Assembly: GCA_965248755.1 (NCBI GenBank)
Contig: OZ252149.1
Span: forward strand, 4,096,001 to 4,160,000
Length of the DNA stretch: 64,000 bases
Source: Candidatus Latescibacterota bacterium
GTDB taxonomy: Bacteria > Latescibacterota > CBDEFO01
Direction of reading: 5' to 3'
The translations under genes and the position numbers were made by a program. Below the pieces are notes generated by a model, which saw only the letters and a list, made by a program, of their open reading frames with translations, did not search any database and was not told the origin of the DNA. Shown here one piece after another: positions 27,844 to 37,762 of the stretch (its first letter is position 1; the number at the start of each line of letters is the position of its first letter).

Positions 27844-28173
27844 TTGAGAAGGGAGGTCAAGGTGTCGAGCCCCGAAGTGAAAGATGGTAAGCGCTGGACG
27901 GCGACCCGTAAGGGAGAGATTGTGTTGGCTCTTTTGAGAGGAGCAGATCTATCTGAGGTGTGTCGTAAGAATGGAATTAGCCAGTCGCAGGCGTATGCTT
28001 GGCGTGATAGTTTCTTAGAAGGGGGCCAGGAGAGTCTGAAGTCTCGGCGTGGTCGCAAGGATCCGAAGGAGCGAGAGGTTAGCCGGTTGGAGCGCAAGGT
28101 AGGGCAGTTGACGCTCCAGTTGGAGATACTCGAAGAGGTAGCCCGTCTAAAAAAAACGAAGCGGTTGCCTTGA
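27844..28173 (+). CDS. IS3 transposase OrfA (HTH)
   Basis: RWTATRKGEIVL..SEVCRKNGIS..YAW HTH plus zipper; start probably GTG 27862. Confidence 0.9.
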   Translation: MRREVKVSSPEVKDGKRWTATRKGEIVLALLRGADLSEVCRKNGISQSQAYAWRDSFLEGGQESLKSRRGRKDPKEREVSRLERKVGQLTLQLEILEEVARLKKTKRLP

Positions 28174-29033
28174 GTGGGCGGTTTTTGGGTCGAGGCTATT
28201 CCCGCAAGGTGGTAGCTTTGGCTTTGGGTTTGCATCGTTCGACTCTGTATAGGTTTAGGGATAGAGGTGTCAGTTCTTCTGTTAAAGAGCCTGTGATAGA
28301 TGAGGAGCTTGCTTTTCGTATTCGAGGGATACTGGACCAAGAAGAGGCATTTGGTCACAGGCGGGTTTGGGCGCATCTTCGTTTCAAGGAAGGGGAATGT
28401 GTCAACGTTAAGAAGGTTCATAGGATAATGAAGCTTAAGGGGTGGCAGTGTAAGCTGTGGAATCGTCCCGGGAGAAAGGGGCCACAGGTTGCCCAGAAGC
28501 GTTCTGTGGTGGATAGTCCCGACAGTTTGTGGTCGAGTGACTTGACAAAGATTTACTGTGGAAAAGATGGTTGGTGTCCTCTTATTGCGGTGGTGGACAA
28601 CGGAAGCCGGGAGGCTCCTGGGTATCGTTTTAGTCGAAAAGGGAGGGCACTGGAGGCCACAGATGCCCTGGATCGGGCCGTGATCTCTCGATACACTTCC
28701 AAGGAGGCTGTCCCCCAGGGTCTCACTTTGCGCTCTGACAATGGTTCCATCTTTTTGGCTCGGGCCTATTTGGCCAGTACCGAATATTGGGGAATTCGTC
28801 AGGAATACATACCAAGTGGTAAACCCGATTGGAACGGTGTTGTAGAGCGTTTTTTCAGGACCCTCAAGCAAGAGTGTGTTTGGCTTCACAAGTTTGAATC
28901 CTTTGAACAGGCTGAGAAGATCATATCTCAGTGGATCGATAATTACAACAAGAACAGGCTTCATTCATCCCTGGGATATAAGACCCCAAAAGAGTGGAGA
29001 AAACAATTTTATCTACTACCCCAGGTTGCTTAA
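28170..29033 (+). CDS. IS3 transposase OrfB (DDE), -1 frame via A8 run at 28149-28156
   Basis: WSSDLT, RSDNGS, NGVVERFFRTLKQE, RLHSSLGYKTP. Confidence 0.93.
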   Translation: MSGRFLGRGYSRKVVALALGLHRSTLYRFRDRGVSSSVKEPVIDEELAFRIRGILDQEEAFGHRRVWAHLRFKEGECVNVKKVHRIMKLKGWQCKLWNRPGRKGPQVAQKRSVVDSPDSLWSSDLTKIYCGKDGWCPLIAVVDNGSREAPGYRFSRKGRALEATDALDRAVISRYTSKEAVPQGLTLRSDNGSIFLARAYLASTEYWGIRQEYIPSGKPDWNGVVERFFRTLKQECVWLHKFESFEQAEKIISQWIDNYNKNRLHSSLGYKTPKEWRKQFYLLPQVA

Positions 29034-29102
29034 TTGGTGTCGCTTTCCTGGGAAGCAGTACACACGATGAATCTTTTGGGTCACTTAAGGGTATGGTTTT
29101 TC

Positions 29103-29876
29103 CTATATTTTCTTAGCTTCCTCCCAAAGAGCATCCATCTCCTCAATCGTGCTCTTATTTATGTCCTTGCCCTGCTTTTCCAACTCCGATTCGATATATT
29201 TGAAACGCTCCATAAACTTGTCTACAGTTTTTCTCAAAGCTTCTTCCGGACAAACCTTGAGGAATCTGGACACGTTCACAAGCGCAAATAGTATGTCTCC
29301 TAACTCCTCTTCTATCTTATCCCGCTCCTTATGGGCATATGCCTCTTTGAGTTCCGAAATTTCCTCCGCTAACTTATCGAGGGGCCCGTCCACGTTCTCC
29401 CAGTCGAATCCGACACCTGAGACCTTGTCCTGTATCCTTCTGGCCTTCAGAAGGGCGGGGAGTCCCGGTGGCACACCTTCCAGAACCGATGCTTTCCCCC
29501 TTTTCTTGTTCCTCTCGTTGCCCTTTATCCTCTCCCAGTTGGAGATCACCTCCTTTACTCCGTTCACCTTAAGGTCTCCAAACACGTGAGGATGGCGCCC
29601 GATTAGCTTGTCCACGTGATATTCTATCACGTCATCTATATCGAATCTGCCCCCCTCCCTGGCTATCTGGGCGTGGAAGACTACCTGCAAAAGTAAATCG
29701 CCTAACTCCTCCTTCAGCGCTTCATCGTCCTTTTTATCTATGGCTTCTATAAGCTCATAGGTCTCCTCAATAGCGTACGCCTTCAGCGTGTCGTGATCCT
29801 GTTCCCTGTCCCAGGGGCATCCATCCTCACCTCTCAAACGAGCCATGGTCTCTACCAAGCGGTCGAAATTAGACAT
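29103..29876 (-). CDS. mazG: Nucleoside triphosphate pyrophosphohydrolase MazG
   Basis: GCPWDREQ, IEETYE, EELGDLLLQVVFH, RHPHVF, second EELGD. Confidence 0.97.
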   Translation of the reverse strand: MSNFDRLVETMARLRGEDGCPWDREQDHDTLKAYAIEETYELIEAIDKKDDEALKEELGDLLLQVVFHAQIAREGGRFDIDDVIEYHVDKLIGRHPHVFGDLKVNGVKEVISNWERIKGNERNKKRGKASVLEGVPPGLPALLKARRIQDKVSGVGFDWENVDGPLDKLAEEISELKEAYAHKERDKIEEELGDILFALVNVSRFLKVCPEEALRKTVDKFMERFKYIESELEKQGKDINKSTIEEMDALWEEAKKI

Positions 29877-29945
29877 TATTGAATCTGTTTCTCCTATCTT
29901 ACTGAATGGGTGTCGAAATGCGAAGTCCGGAGCATTGCGATTTGT

Positions 29946-32369
29946 CTACTCCGCCAATAGCTCTTCCACATTTTGTTGGAAAATGAGCTTGTCCGATGGC
30001 ACACCTACATAGGCATAGCGCACGACCCCCTTTTTATCGATCACGAAGGTCGTCGGGATAGCCGAGATGTCTCCGTAGTCCTCTCGCACCTTCTTGTCCG
30101 CCATCAGGAGGGGATAGTTGATCTTGTTCTCGGTCGCAAAGGACCGCACCACATAAGGGTCTTTGTCGGTAGAGATACCGATCATCGTGAATGCCTCGGA
30201 GGCATATTGGGACTGGAGGGCGATGAAGCCAGGTATCTCCGCCCGGCAGGGTCCACACCAGGTAGCCCAGAAGTTCACGATCATCACTTTGCCTTCGAAA
30301 TCAGCCAGTTTTACCTCATTGTCGTCTGTGTCCTTCAGCACAAAATCAGGCGCCGGCTTGCCGACAAAGTCCGACTTGTCTCTACTGGGCATACCTCTGC
30401 TGGGTCCACCCGGACGCCCAAACTGTTCGACGAGCTTTGCCTCCTCAGGCGGAGTGAAGGTGAAAGTTTCCTCGGAGAATACAGGATCAATCTCTACAGC
30501 GGTATGGCGCTCCTTGAAGCCGATCTTCATCACTTCCATCCAAGACCACCTCTCCTTCGGCGTTCCCTCGGTCATCTGTCCAATATCCATCTTGAAGGCA
30601 ACCTGTCGGATCATGAAGTCCTTCTCCCCAATCCACAGCTGAACTTTGATTGGTTTATCCATTCCTGGGCCAGCGTTCTTCTGGTAGCTCCACAACATGC
30701 CGGTCCGAAGCAACCGAGGTGGTTTCGTCAGCTCGACGATGGTTGTGGGAATGCTAGCTAATTCTTCGTGTCCTACCTTCTCGACCTCCTCTACACCCTC
30801 CATCAGGGCTCTGAGTGGGTCATCGCTCATTATTATCTTCTGTACGAATATACTTCTAGTCTGTTCTGCCATAGTCAGGTCATCAGCCGTTAGCTTCTCC
30901 GGGGCATTCTTCTGCGTGTACTGATTCCACATTCGCTGGTAAGTCACCAGCATTTTCCCATCGCTAACTACCGCTATATCTCTCATCGGCATGCCTTTGA
31001 TTTCAAGTCGGATGTGGTTGGGACGCTGGAAGGAGAACGGCATCCGTGTAATCCTGCGCATGTCCATCCAAGGCTGCACAGTTTGTATCTCCAAGGTAGT
31101 CGTGTCTTGGTAGCTGAGGAGTGACTGGTACGCGGCCATAGATCGCTCCAGAATCTTGGGCAGCTTGATCGGAGTCACTTCAAAATCGGCATTAGTCTGC
31201 TGCCCCGGACGTACAGTGAGCCCTGCCACCTCCGAAGGCTCCATGCCCTGTCCGCCACGCACCCTCAAGGTGTACTCCCCGGGCATCAACATTATATGGT
31301 ACTGTCCTTCTGCGTCGGTATGGGCACTCCCCGCCGGCTGATCTCCTCGGTAGGCTTCGATCACCAATCCGGCATAGGGCTCCTCCTCCTTAGTAACCGT
31401 GCCTGCGATAGAGCTCAGATCGCCGTCAATTGGTAGCAGAACGAAGTCAGCAGCAAGATCAACGTTGCGCCAGACTTCGTGCATGGGGGGAAAATCATAC
31501 GACCCCTCGTAGGCCTCAGAGGTATCGTAATCCTTGAACAGAAACCCGACGTGTATAATCTTCCCTTCCTCTAGATCTACTATTGTGCTCGAATCAGGAC
31601 CGCCAGGACTCAGGAACTCCCATGGGGTTACCATAAACTCATAAGTATAAGTACCATGTCCTCCTGTTTCGCCTGTGCGTGTCCAGCCTGTCTTTAGATA
31701 ATCAGGAGCAAGGTCCCCTGTCCCGTCCGTCAGCCACCAGAAGGTGCCATCGTCCAGAAAGTACATAAAGCTGTAATAACCGTCTATAGGTGGTACAAGC
31801 ATGGTGTAGAGCTGGCCAGTCGTATAGAACAACTGCTCTTGCTCTTTTCGAGGTAAGTATCTCCAGTCATTCTCATGAGGTAAGTATTTCCAGTGATTCT
31901 CATCAGGTAAGTATTTCCAGTCATTCTTGAAGAGCTCTCCGCCGCTGTGGTCAGCATCGAGCACGAAGTTAATGTCGTCGTCCCAGTTATAATCTGAGGC
32001 ATTTTCACGTGCATTGTGCAGATAGTCATCCACTACTTCAGCCATAACGTAGATACGGTTTGTCTCCTTGTTCCAGCCTACGATGCACCTTACGTTGAAA
32101 TCGGCAAGATCGACATCTCGCCAGATAGGATGATAAGTATGCGATCCTGACGGTAGTACCTCGCTCCTTTTGAAATCGTTCTCCAGAGTTATCCAGAACT
32201 TCTCTGGGACCATATCCCAATCGCTCAAGTCGCCGTCTATCTGCGGCAAGGCGTTATCGGGAAACTGGAAGGCGGGAAAGATCCCACCAGGTGGCTTGTG
32301 CGCTGAAACAACAGCCGACACAGCAAATATAATGCTGAGCGCAAAGAAACCTCTGATTAGTGTCTTCAT
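29946..32369 (-). CDS. Secreted multidomain protein: CBM9/DOMON-like + beta-sandwich + LolA/DUF2092-like + TlpA thioredoxin
   Basis: Signal peptide; PQIDGDLSDW; TDAEGQY..PGEYTL; FQRPNHIRLE..VSDGK..FTFTPPEEAK; NFWATWCGPC. Confidence 0.8.
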   Translation of the reverse strand: MKTLIRGFFALSIIFAVSAVVSAHKPPGGIFPAFQFPDNALPQIDGDLSDWDMVPEKFWITLENDFKRSEVLPSGSHTYHPIWRDVDLADFNVRCIVGWNKETNRIYVMAEVVDDYLHNARENASDYNWDDDINFVLDADHSGGELFKNDWKYLPDENHWKYLPHENDWRYLPRKEQEQLFYTTGQLYTMLVPPIDGYYSFMYFLDDGTFWWLTDGTGDLAPDYLKTGWTRTGETGGHGTYTYEFMVTPWEFLSPGGPDSSTIVDLEEGKIIHVGFLFKDYDTSEAYEGSYDFPPMHEVWRNVDLAADFVLLPIDGDLSSIAGTVTKEEEPYAGLVIEAYRGDQPAGSAHTDAEGQYHIMLMPGEYTLRVRGGQGMEPSEVAGLTVRPGQQTNADFEVTPIKLPKILERSMAAYQSLLSYQDTTTLEIQTVQPWMDMRRITRMPFSFQRPNHIRLEIKGMPMRDIAVVSDGKMLVTYQRMWNQYTQKNAPEKLTADDLTMAEQTRSIFVQKIIMSDDPLRALMEGVEEVEKVGHEELASIPTTIVELTKPPRLLRTGMLWSYQKNAGPGMDKPIKVQLWIGEKDFMIRQVAFKMDIGQMTEGTPKERWSWMEVMKIGFKERHTAVEIDPVFSEETFTFTPPEEAKLVEQFGRPGGPSRGMPSRDKSDFVGKPAPDFVLKDTDDNEVKLADFEGKVMIVNFWATWCGPCRAEIPGFIALQSQYASEAFTMIGISTDKDPYVVRSFATENKINYPLLMADKKVREDYGDISAIPTTFVIDKKGVVRYAYVGVPSDKLIFQQNVEELLAE

Positions 32370-32478
32370 ATACTACCGCTTCCTTTTCGGAACGACAAAA
32401 GGTTGACTATACTAAAGCCCGACAATTTAAATTATCTCCCGCAAATTCCTTCGATTCTCCCCGACGCCAGATAAACCC

Positions 32479-32649
32479 TTATCGCCTCCACTCTGAGACT
32501 TCTGGGGTGGGGAATCCGCGGGCTGCACCTGTAGTAGTTATGCCCTCGTCCGTTTTGACTTTGACAAATAGCCATTTTCTCCCGCCGACTTCCGGTTTAG
32601 GGGACCTAGAAGCGTCAACAAGAAATGTCTTGACATCTATTATCTTCAC
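32479..32649 (-). pseudogene. N-terminal fragment of a mandelate racemase / galactonate dehydratase family gene
   Basis: Hand translation MKIIDVKTFLVD...RKWLFVKVKTDEGIT, then divergence and stop at 56 aa. Confidence 0.75.
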
Positions 32650-32666
32650 GTTTTAGAGTGTACTGT

Positions 32667-33866
32667 CTAATCTTGTGAGCGCTTCGAATCGGTTAATACT
32701 ACGGCTCCCTCTCTACTGCTTTTAACTCCAATCATGTCGGCTGCCATCTCTGCGGTTCGTATGGAAGCCCCAGGACCGCCTAATTTATCTTTAACTTCGC
32801 TCAAGTCTCTACGCACTTTTTCATATCTTTTGCTATCTTTGAGGTTACTGATAGATTCGGAGGCTATTCTTTGGCTATCGGCGGCCCTTTGAATAAACTC
32901 CGGGACTATCTCTTTGCCAGCGATTATGTTCGGCAATCCCACATGCGGAATTTTCACAAGTAACTTTGCAACAATATAGGATATATAAGACATGCTGTAA
33001 ATTATAATCATAGGTGTTCCCAGAATAGCTGCCTCAAGCGTCGCCGTTCCGGATGCCACAAGGAGCAGATCAGAATGTCTCATCAGATCGTACGTCCTGC
33101 CCTTTAGCAACTTGACCTGTACTTCTTCCTTTGCGGCAATATCCTCGTAGAGGGAGGGTTCTATCTCATCAACGCATCCTACAAGAGCACACATATTCGG
33201 GAGGTTTTTACCCATACTTTTCAACGCCTCCAGCATAATCGGGAATATGCGCTCGATCTCATGTCTTCTGCTTCCGGGAAGGACGCCGATTATGATGGTG
33301 CAACCACTCCGTGTGGAGGCTCCGATGTCGTAGAGAAATTGTGCCTTTGTGGATTCGCACTTTACTACTTCTAACAGGGGATGTCCGACAAATTCTGCGT
33401 CGCCTCCACGCTCGTTGAAGATTTCCGGCTCAAAGGGAAAAACCGCCGCTATTTTGGAAGTAGCTTGTACTATCTTAGGGATTCTCCATTCTCCCCAGGC
33501 CCAGACTTTGGGAAGGATGTAGTACAACACAGGGATCCCTTTGTTGCGCGCTATACTGGCCAGTTTCAGGTTAAATCCGGCATAGTCTATGAGTATCAGA
33601 AGATCGGGCTTTTTATCCTCCAAGAGTCTTCGCATATCTGATAGAGCTTTCAGGACAAAGGGAATATGGCGTATTACTTCTACCAATCCCATAAACGCCA
33701 TGTCCTCCGAGCGATAGTGTAATTTCACACCTTCAGCCTCCATCCTGGGTCCGCCTATGCCGAAAATCTCTATATCCGGGGATATTCTCTTAAGTTCGCC
33801 CACAAGGCCGCTCCCGTGAAGGTCACCTGACGCCTCGCCTGCTACAATCATAACCCTACTTTTCAA
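32667..33866 (-). CDS. lpxB: Lipid-A-disaccharide synthase
   Basis: VAGEASGDLHG, IDYAGFN, FVGHPL, LPGSR, SGTATLE. Confidence 0.97.
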   Translation of the reverse strand: MKSRVMIVAGEASGDLHGSGLVGELKRISPDIEIFGIGGPRMEAEGVKLHYRSEDMAFMGLVEVIRHIPFVLKALSDMRRLLEDKKPDLLILIDYAGFNLKLASIARNKGIPVLYYILPKVWAWGEWRIPKIVQATSKIAAVFPFEPEIFNERGGDAEFVGHPLLEVVKCESTKAQFLYDIGASTRSGCTIIIGVLPGSRRHEIERIFPIMLEALKSMGKNLPNMCALVGCVDEIEPSLYEDIAAKEEVQVKLLKGRTYDLMRHSDLLLVASGTATLEAAILGTPMIIIYSMSYISYIVAKLLVKIPHVGLPNIIAGKEIVPEFIQRAADSQRIASESISNLKDSKRYEKVRRDLSEVKDKLGGPGASIRTAEMAADMIGVKSSREGAVVLTDSKRSQD

Positions 33867-33911
33867 GTTTTTTCCTTTTGGAAACTTACCTCAATAGACG
33901 ATTCCATAAAG

Positions 33912-34140
33912 AAGCAGGCAGGAGACAGGAATACCGTCTTCCCTGTCTTGAGATTGTCCTCGATTGAATCTATCGGGGATTGCTTCGGGTTTTTTCCCCT
34001 AGCGATGACCGAAGACAAGGGCAAGAAATGAGTACAGGGCGAAGCCAGCGCAGCGTGATAAAACCAAGCTTAATCGTCATTGGGGCCCCCTGATTAAGCG
34101 GGGGTAGCGAAGCAATCTCTATTAGACTGCCTTTCTCTCT
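33912..34140. repeat. Composite C element with a family A palindrome at 33958
   Basis: GAGATTG[A]ATTGCTTCG...GCGATGAC...CGTCATTG...GCGAAGCAATCTC. Confidence 0.85.
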
Positions 34141-34152
34141 GTATAGTGCCTA

Positions 34153-34902
34153 CTATATGCTGTCTACTGTCTTCCACAGATCGGGCAGAATCTCTCCAGC
34201 TTTGCCAATTAGAACGTCGTCTGCTATTTTGCTGAACCCCGTCGGCTCCAAGTTTATCTCTACGGTGTAAGCTCCTACTCGGCGTGCCTCTTCCGCAAGG
34301 ATGTGAGGTGTGGCTACATATCCTGAAGTCCCGATGACTAATGTCACGTCCACGCCCCCTTTGATAAAATCATAGGTTTCGTGGAACTCCCGGCCGTACT
34401 CCTCTCCGAAGAACACTACATCCGGTCTCGCAAGTGCTCCGCATCTTGGGCACACGGGCGGAATATGAGGAATTGGCGTATTCCGGTCCTCCCATGTATC
34501 TTCTTCGTCCACTGTGCACCGCATCCTCCAGATGCTTCCGTGAATCCCGATCACGTTCTTGCTCTCTGCTGCTTCGTGCAGATCGTCTATGTTCTGGGTG
34601 CTGATCAGAAAACGCGGATAGGCCCGCTCCATTTTTGCCAATATGATATGTGCAGGATTCGGCTTGCAGTGTACTATGCTCCTCCGGCGCATGTCGTACC
34701 ATTCCCAGGCGCGCGCAGGATCGCGAAAAAATCCTTCGGGTGTGGCGAGTTCTTCAGGATCGTACTTCGTCCACAGGCCATCCGCGTCTCTGAAGGTGGG
34801 GACTCCGCTTTCTGCCGATATTCCGGCACCTGTGATGATTAGAACGTTGGAGGCGGATTTAAGGCTTTCTACTGTGGTCGTATCTATGTCTGAGGATGGC
34901 AA
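34153..34902 (-). CDS. cobB: NAD-dependent protein deacylase (sirtuin, class III-like)
   Basis: TGAGISAESGVPTFRD, WYDMRR (YxxR), TQNIDDLH, HGS, GTSG; start uncertain (TTG 34902). Confidence 0.9.
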   Translation of the reverse strand: MPSSDIDTTTVESLKSASNVLIITGAGISAESGVPTFRDADGLWTKYDPEELATPEGFFRDPARAWEWYDMRRRSIVHCKPNPAHIILAKMERAYPRFLISTQNIDDLHEAAESKNVIGIHGSIWRMRCTVDEEDTWEDRNTPIPHIPPVCPRCGALARPDVVFFGEEYGREFHETYDFIKGGVDVTLVIGTSGYVATPHILAEEARRVGAYTVEINLEPTGFSKIADDVLIGKAGEILPDLWKTVDSI

Positions 34903-35039
34903 TTTCCCATTGCTCTTAATGTAAGGACGAGGCGACGTGGGACACTGCGCGGGTTGTTGCCACTCCTCTTTGCAGGAGGTACGAAGTGCCAGCAAAGCAC
35001 ACAGTGGCTAAGTACATTTGCCCCTAAATTTTCGGTGTC

Positions 35040-35282
35040 AGCCTTTCCCTATCACTGACTACTGTCCGCTCGTCTATGAGATTGCTTTGGGGAGATTGCT
35101 TGGGGACCAAATCCCTCGCAATGACGTTGCTTATTTTCATTTTCTGTCATTGCGACCCCTCTCCCCCGATTGAATCTATCGGGGGTAAATCGGGGGGAGC
35201 GAACTAATCTAGAGGGATGGGCGGCAGCCCCTGGTTACTGTCTACCGCCTGCTTTCTACTTGTGTATGCTCTCTGCTGTCTT
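35040..35282. repeat. Composite B+C element with a family A palindrome at 35164
   Basis: GAGATTGCTT twice, CCTCGCAATGAC, TGTCATTGCGA, CTGTCTAC. Confidence 0.85.
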
Positions 35283-36122
35283 TCAGAATTCCCATAGGCT
35301 CATTGCAGTCGCGCCCAATATATGTTCCTTATCTTCGTCCGACAGGAATGCAAGTTCCCTTCTTATGAAGTTGAGATTCCTGATGTAGCCGCACTTGACA
35401 AGGACGTGCGGGAAATCTGTCCCCCAGAGCATCCTTTTGGCGCCGAATTCATCCCGCACAACCTTTATAATCTCGTGTGTATCGCCGTAGGGATACCGCT
35501 GCTTGGAATACCATCCGAAACCCGATGTTTTGATATATACGTTGGGAAGATCTGAAAGGCTCAGAAGCTTTTGGAAGCGCTTCCCTGATGTTTTCTCTTC
35601 TACGTTCGGATAGGCCATGTGATCCAGAACCAATCTTACGCCCTCAAATCGTACGGCCATTTCCTCCACTATATCCAGAGGGTGGGGACCCAAGAGCACG
35701 CATACTGGCACGTTCAACTTTTGTGCCCTTTCCCACAGTGGATATGTGTCCTTGTGATTAAACCATACTTTTTCCTCCGGCACTGCTGGTCGGAGTCGTA
35801 TCCCCCTTATGTTGTTCTCCTCGACCCAGTATTCTAATCGATCTGGGGCGTCTCTGTCCCAGGGATGAACGACGCATACACCTGCGAATTTTCCCGGAAA
35901 TCGCTTCAACACTGAAGATAGGTAAGTATTATCGGAGCCGTAGTACACAGGCTGAACAAGCACCGCCTTGTCGACATCCGCTTCGTCCATGTAGTCTAGA
36001 AGAAGTTCGGGGGAGGCCTCAGAGTGCACGCAGAACTGACCGGGGAAAGAGGATAGAGCCGGTCTGCCCGCTGATGCGAACTCGTCCCATACGTGAAGGT
36101 GAGCGTCAACTACTATGGACAT
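35283..36122 (-). CDS. Amidohydrolase_2 family (lactonase-like)
   Basis: DAHLH, LDHM, WGTDFP. Confidence 0.9.
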   Translation of the reverse strand: MSIVVDAHLHVWDEFASAGRPALSSFPGQFCVHSEASPELLLDYMDEADVDKAVLVQPVYYGSDNTYLSSVLKRFPGKFAGVCVVHPWDRDAPDRLEYWVEENNIRGIRLRPAVPEEKVWFNHKDTYPLWERAQKLNVPVCVLLGPHPLDIVEEMAVRFEGVRLVLDHMAYPNVEEKTSGKRFQKLLSLSDLPNVYIKTSGFGWYSKQRYPYGDTHEIIKVVRDEFGAKRMLWGTDFPHVLVKCGYIRNLNFIRRELAFLSDEDKEHILGATAMSLWEF

Positions 36123-36253
36123 ATTGTTAGTCTCCCTTTTGCCCGAAATGTTCTTCGTGCGCTTCGCGCTTTGTTATCGTTTGCTCCTCGAATACCACCG
36201 GAAAGGGCTGGTCGCAATACACGCAGTGCTAACGCCGCATTATTGGGGTCACC

Positions 36254-37348
36254 TTAAAATTCCAACGCAACTCTGATAGCCCTGCCATCGTCTGCAAATT
36301 GAAACGCTTCGTTGATCTGGTCAAATCTGAACTTATGGGAGATGATCTTATGGAAGGGGTACTTATCCTTTGTCCTGACGAGAAAATCCAAGGCTCTCGG
36401 CATCACCCACTTTTCGTACGCTGTGATGCCCTTTATGGTCCTGTTCGGCCTGACTACCAGCGCCGGATCTAAGTTTGTCTTGAAGCCGACGTTTATGTTG
36501 CCTATCCAGAGATACCTTCCCCCGAATCTGAGCAGTTTAAGCCCCTCGTCTATTACCTGTGGGACCCCTGTGAACTCCGCGACAACGTCGGCACCGGCTC
36601 CTCTTGTCAGATCGTGTACCAATTCCATCCTCTGCTCCCTATTAGTTTCTATTACATTTACAACCCTGTCCGCGCCGAACTCTTTTGCCAAGTTCAATCT
36701 GTCCTCTAACCTGTCCAGAACGATAACCTGTCCTGCGCCCATCTCCTTGGCTATAGAGGAGGCGTAGAGTCCCAGGCCGCCGGCACCCTGTATCACTACT
36801 GTATCCTCCAGGGTGATCCCTATTTGATTCATACCGTATATCGACTCGCAAAGAGCGCAGTTCAGGGGCGAGACCACTTGATCGGGAAGTTCGTCGGGCA
36901 CCTTGAAGACCCAATGTCCCGGCTCCATATAGTAATATTCCCCGTATGCGCCGTTGAAGTGCGGAAACTCGTCTGCTGGGACCCCTATCCAATCCCTGTA
37001 TCTGTTGGGACACGCCGGTCCTCCGGTAAGACATACGGGACATTGTCCGCAGGGCCTGAAATAGGAATAGACGATCCTGTCTCCCTCCTTGAGGGGTTGT
37101 CCCAGATCGTCAGTCTTCACATTTTTCCCCAGGGCGTAAATTGTGCCGACCATTTCATGGCCTAAGATCTGATTTATGCCCTGGGGTATGCCAGGTCCGC
37201 GCCCCTTCCAGAAGTGAAGATCCGAACCGCAGATGTTTGACATCGAAAGTACCACTACTATAGCGTCGGCTCCTACGTCCGGCACGGGATATTCTCTTAT
37301 TTCGAAGGGCGCGCGCGCCCTTGTGAATATAGCTGCCTTGCCGTTCAT
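36254..37348 (-). CDS. Zn-dependent MDR alcohol dehydrogenase
   Basis: CGSDLH, GHE, CGQCPVC..C, QGAGGLG. Confidence 0.94.
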   Translation of the reverse strand: MNGKAAIFTRARAPFEIREYPVPDVGADAIVVVLSMSNICGSDLHFWKGRGPGIPQGINQILGHEMVGTIYALGKNVKTDDLGQPLKEGDRIVYSYFRPCGQCPVCLTGGPACPNRYRDWIGVPADEFPHFNGAYGEYYYMEPGHWVFKVPDELPDQVVSPLNCALCESIYGMNQIGITLEDTVVIQGAGGLGLYASSIAKEMGAGQVIVLDRLEDRLNLAKEFGADRVVNVIETNREQRMELVHDLTRGAGADVVAEFTGVPQVIDEGLKLLRFGGRYLWIGNINVGFKTNLDPALVVRPNRTIKGITAYEKWVMPRALDFLVRTKDKYPFHKIISHKFRFDQINEAFQFADDGRAIRVALEF

Positions 37349-37368
37349 TATTAATCTTCCTTTCTGCT

Positions 37369-37617
37369 CTACTGCTTTGAAAACCACATAATAAGATCAA
37401 ACAGACCTCCGCCTATAAGAGCGATGGCTACGGCAATGGCAAGGATTATCAACCACTCGTATTTATGCCTTTTGAGTTTGGGATGCTGTCTCAGCTTGTC
37501 TTGGTCTCCGAACATTATTGTCTCCGGGTAAGTAAAACGTTGATAACGCATTATACTCCACAGGTCATACATTGTCAATATAAATACAAAAGCGCATAAA
37601 AGTAGCGGCGAACCCAT
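37369..37617 (-). CDS. Small two-TM hypothetical protein
   Basis: 82-aa ORF with two hydrophobic segments, co-oriented with neighbours. Confidence 0.45.
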   Translation of the reverse strand: MGSPLLLCAFVFILTMYDLWSIMRYQRFTYPETIMFGDQDKLRQHPKLKRHKYEWLIILAIAVAIALIGGGLFDLIMWFSKQ

Positions 37618-37762
37618 GGGCAGTGCACGGGAGATGTGGAAACAAGCCAGCCAGTGGTTGTCCCGACATCCGTATTTTCATGCTTGACACGTTGGTCAGA
37701 GCAGACGCATGGGTCTGCCCTGACTGTTCGCTCTTACCTTTCTTGCTTTGCTATCTGCAGGT

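Larger units (their letters stand above)
27797..29062 (+). mobile_element. IS3-family insertion sequence, 1266 bp, 4-bp target duplication CACG
   Basis: CACG at 27793-27796 and 29063-29066; imperfect IRs CATACCGCTCCCC..GCGACA and TGTCGC..GGGAAGCAGTACA; orfA/orfB. Confidence 0.92.

Noticed and set aside
27678..28964. 428-aa minus-strand ORF
   Set aside because: Antisense shadow of the IS3 transposase with no recognisable motifs
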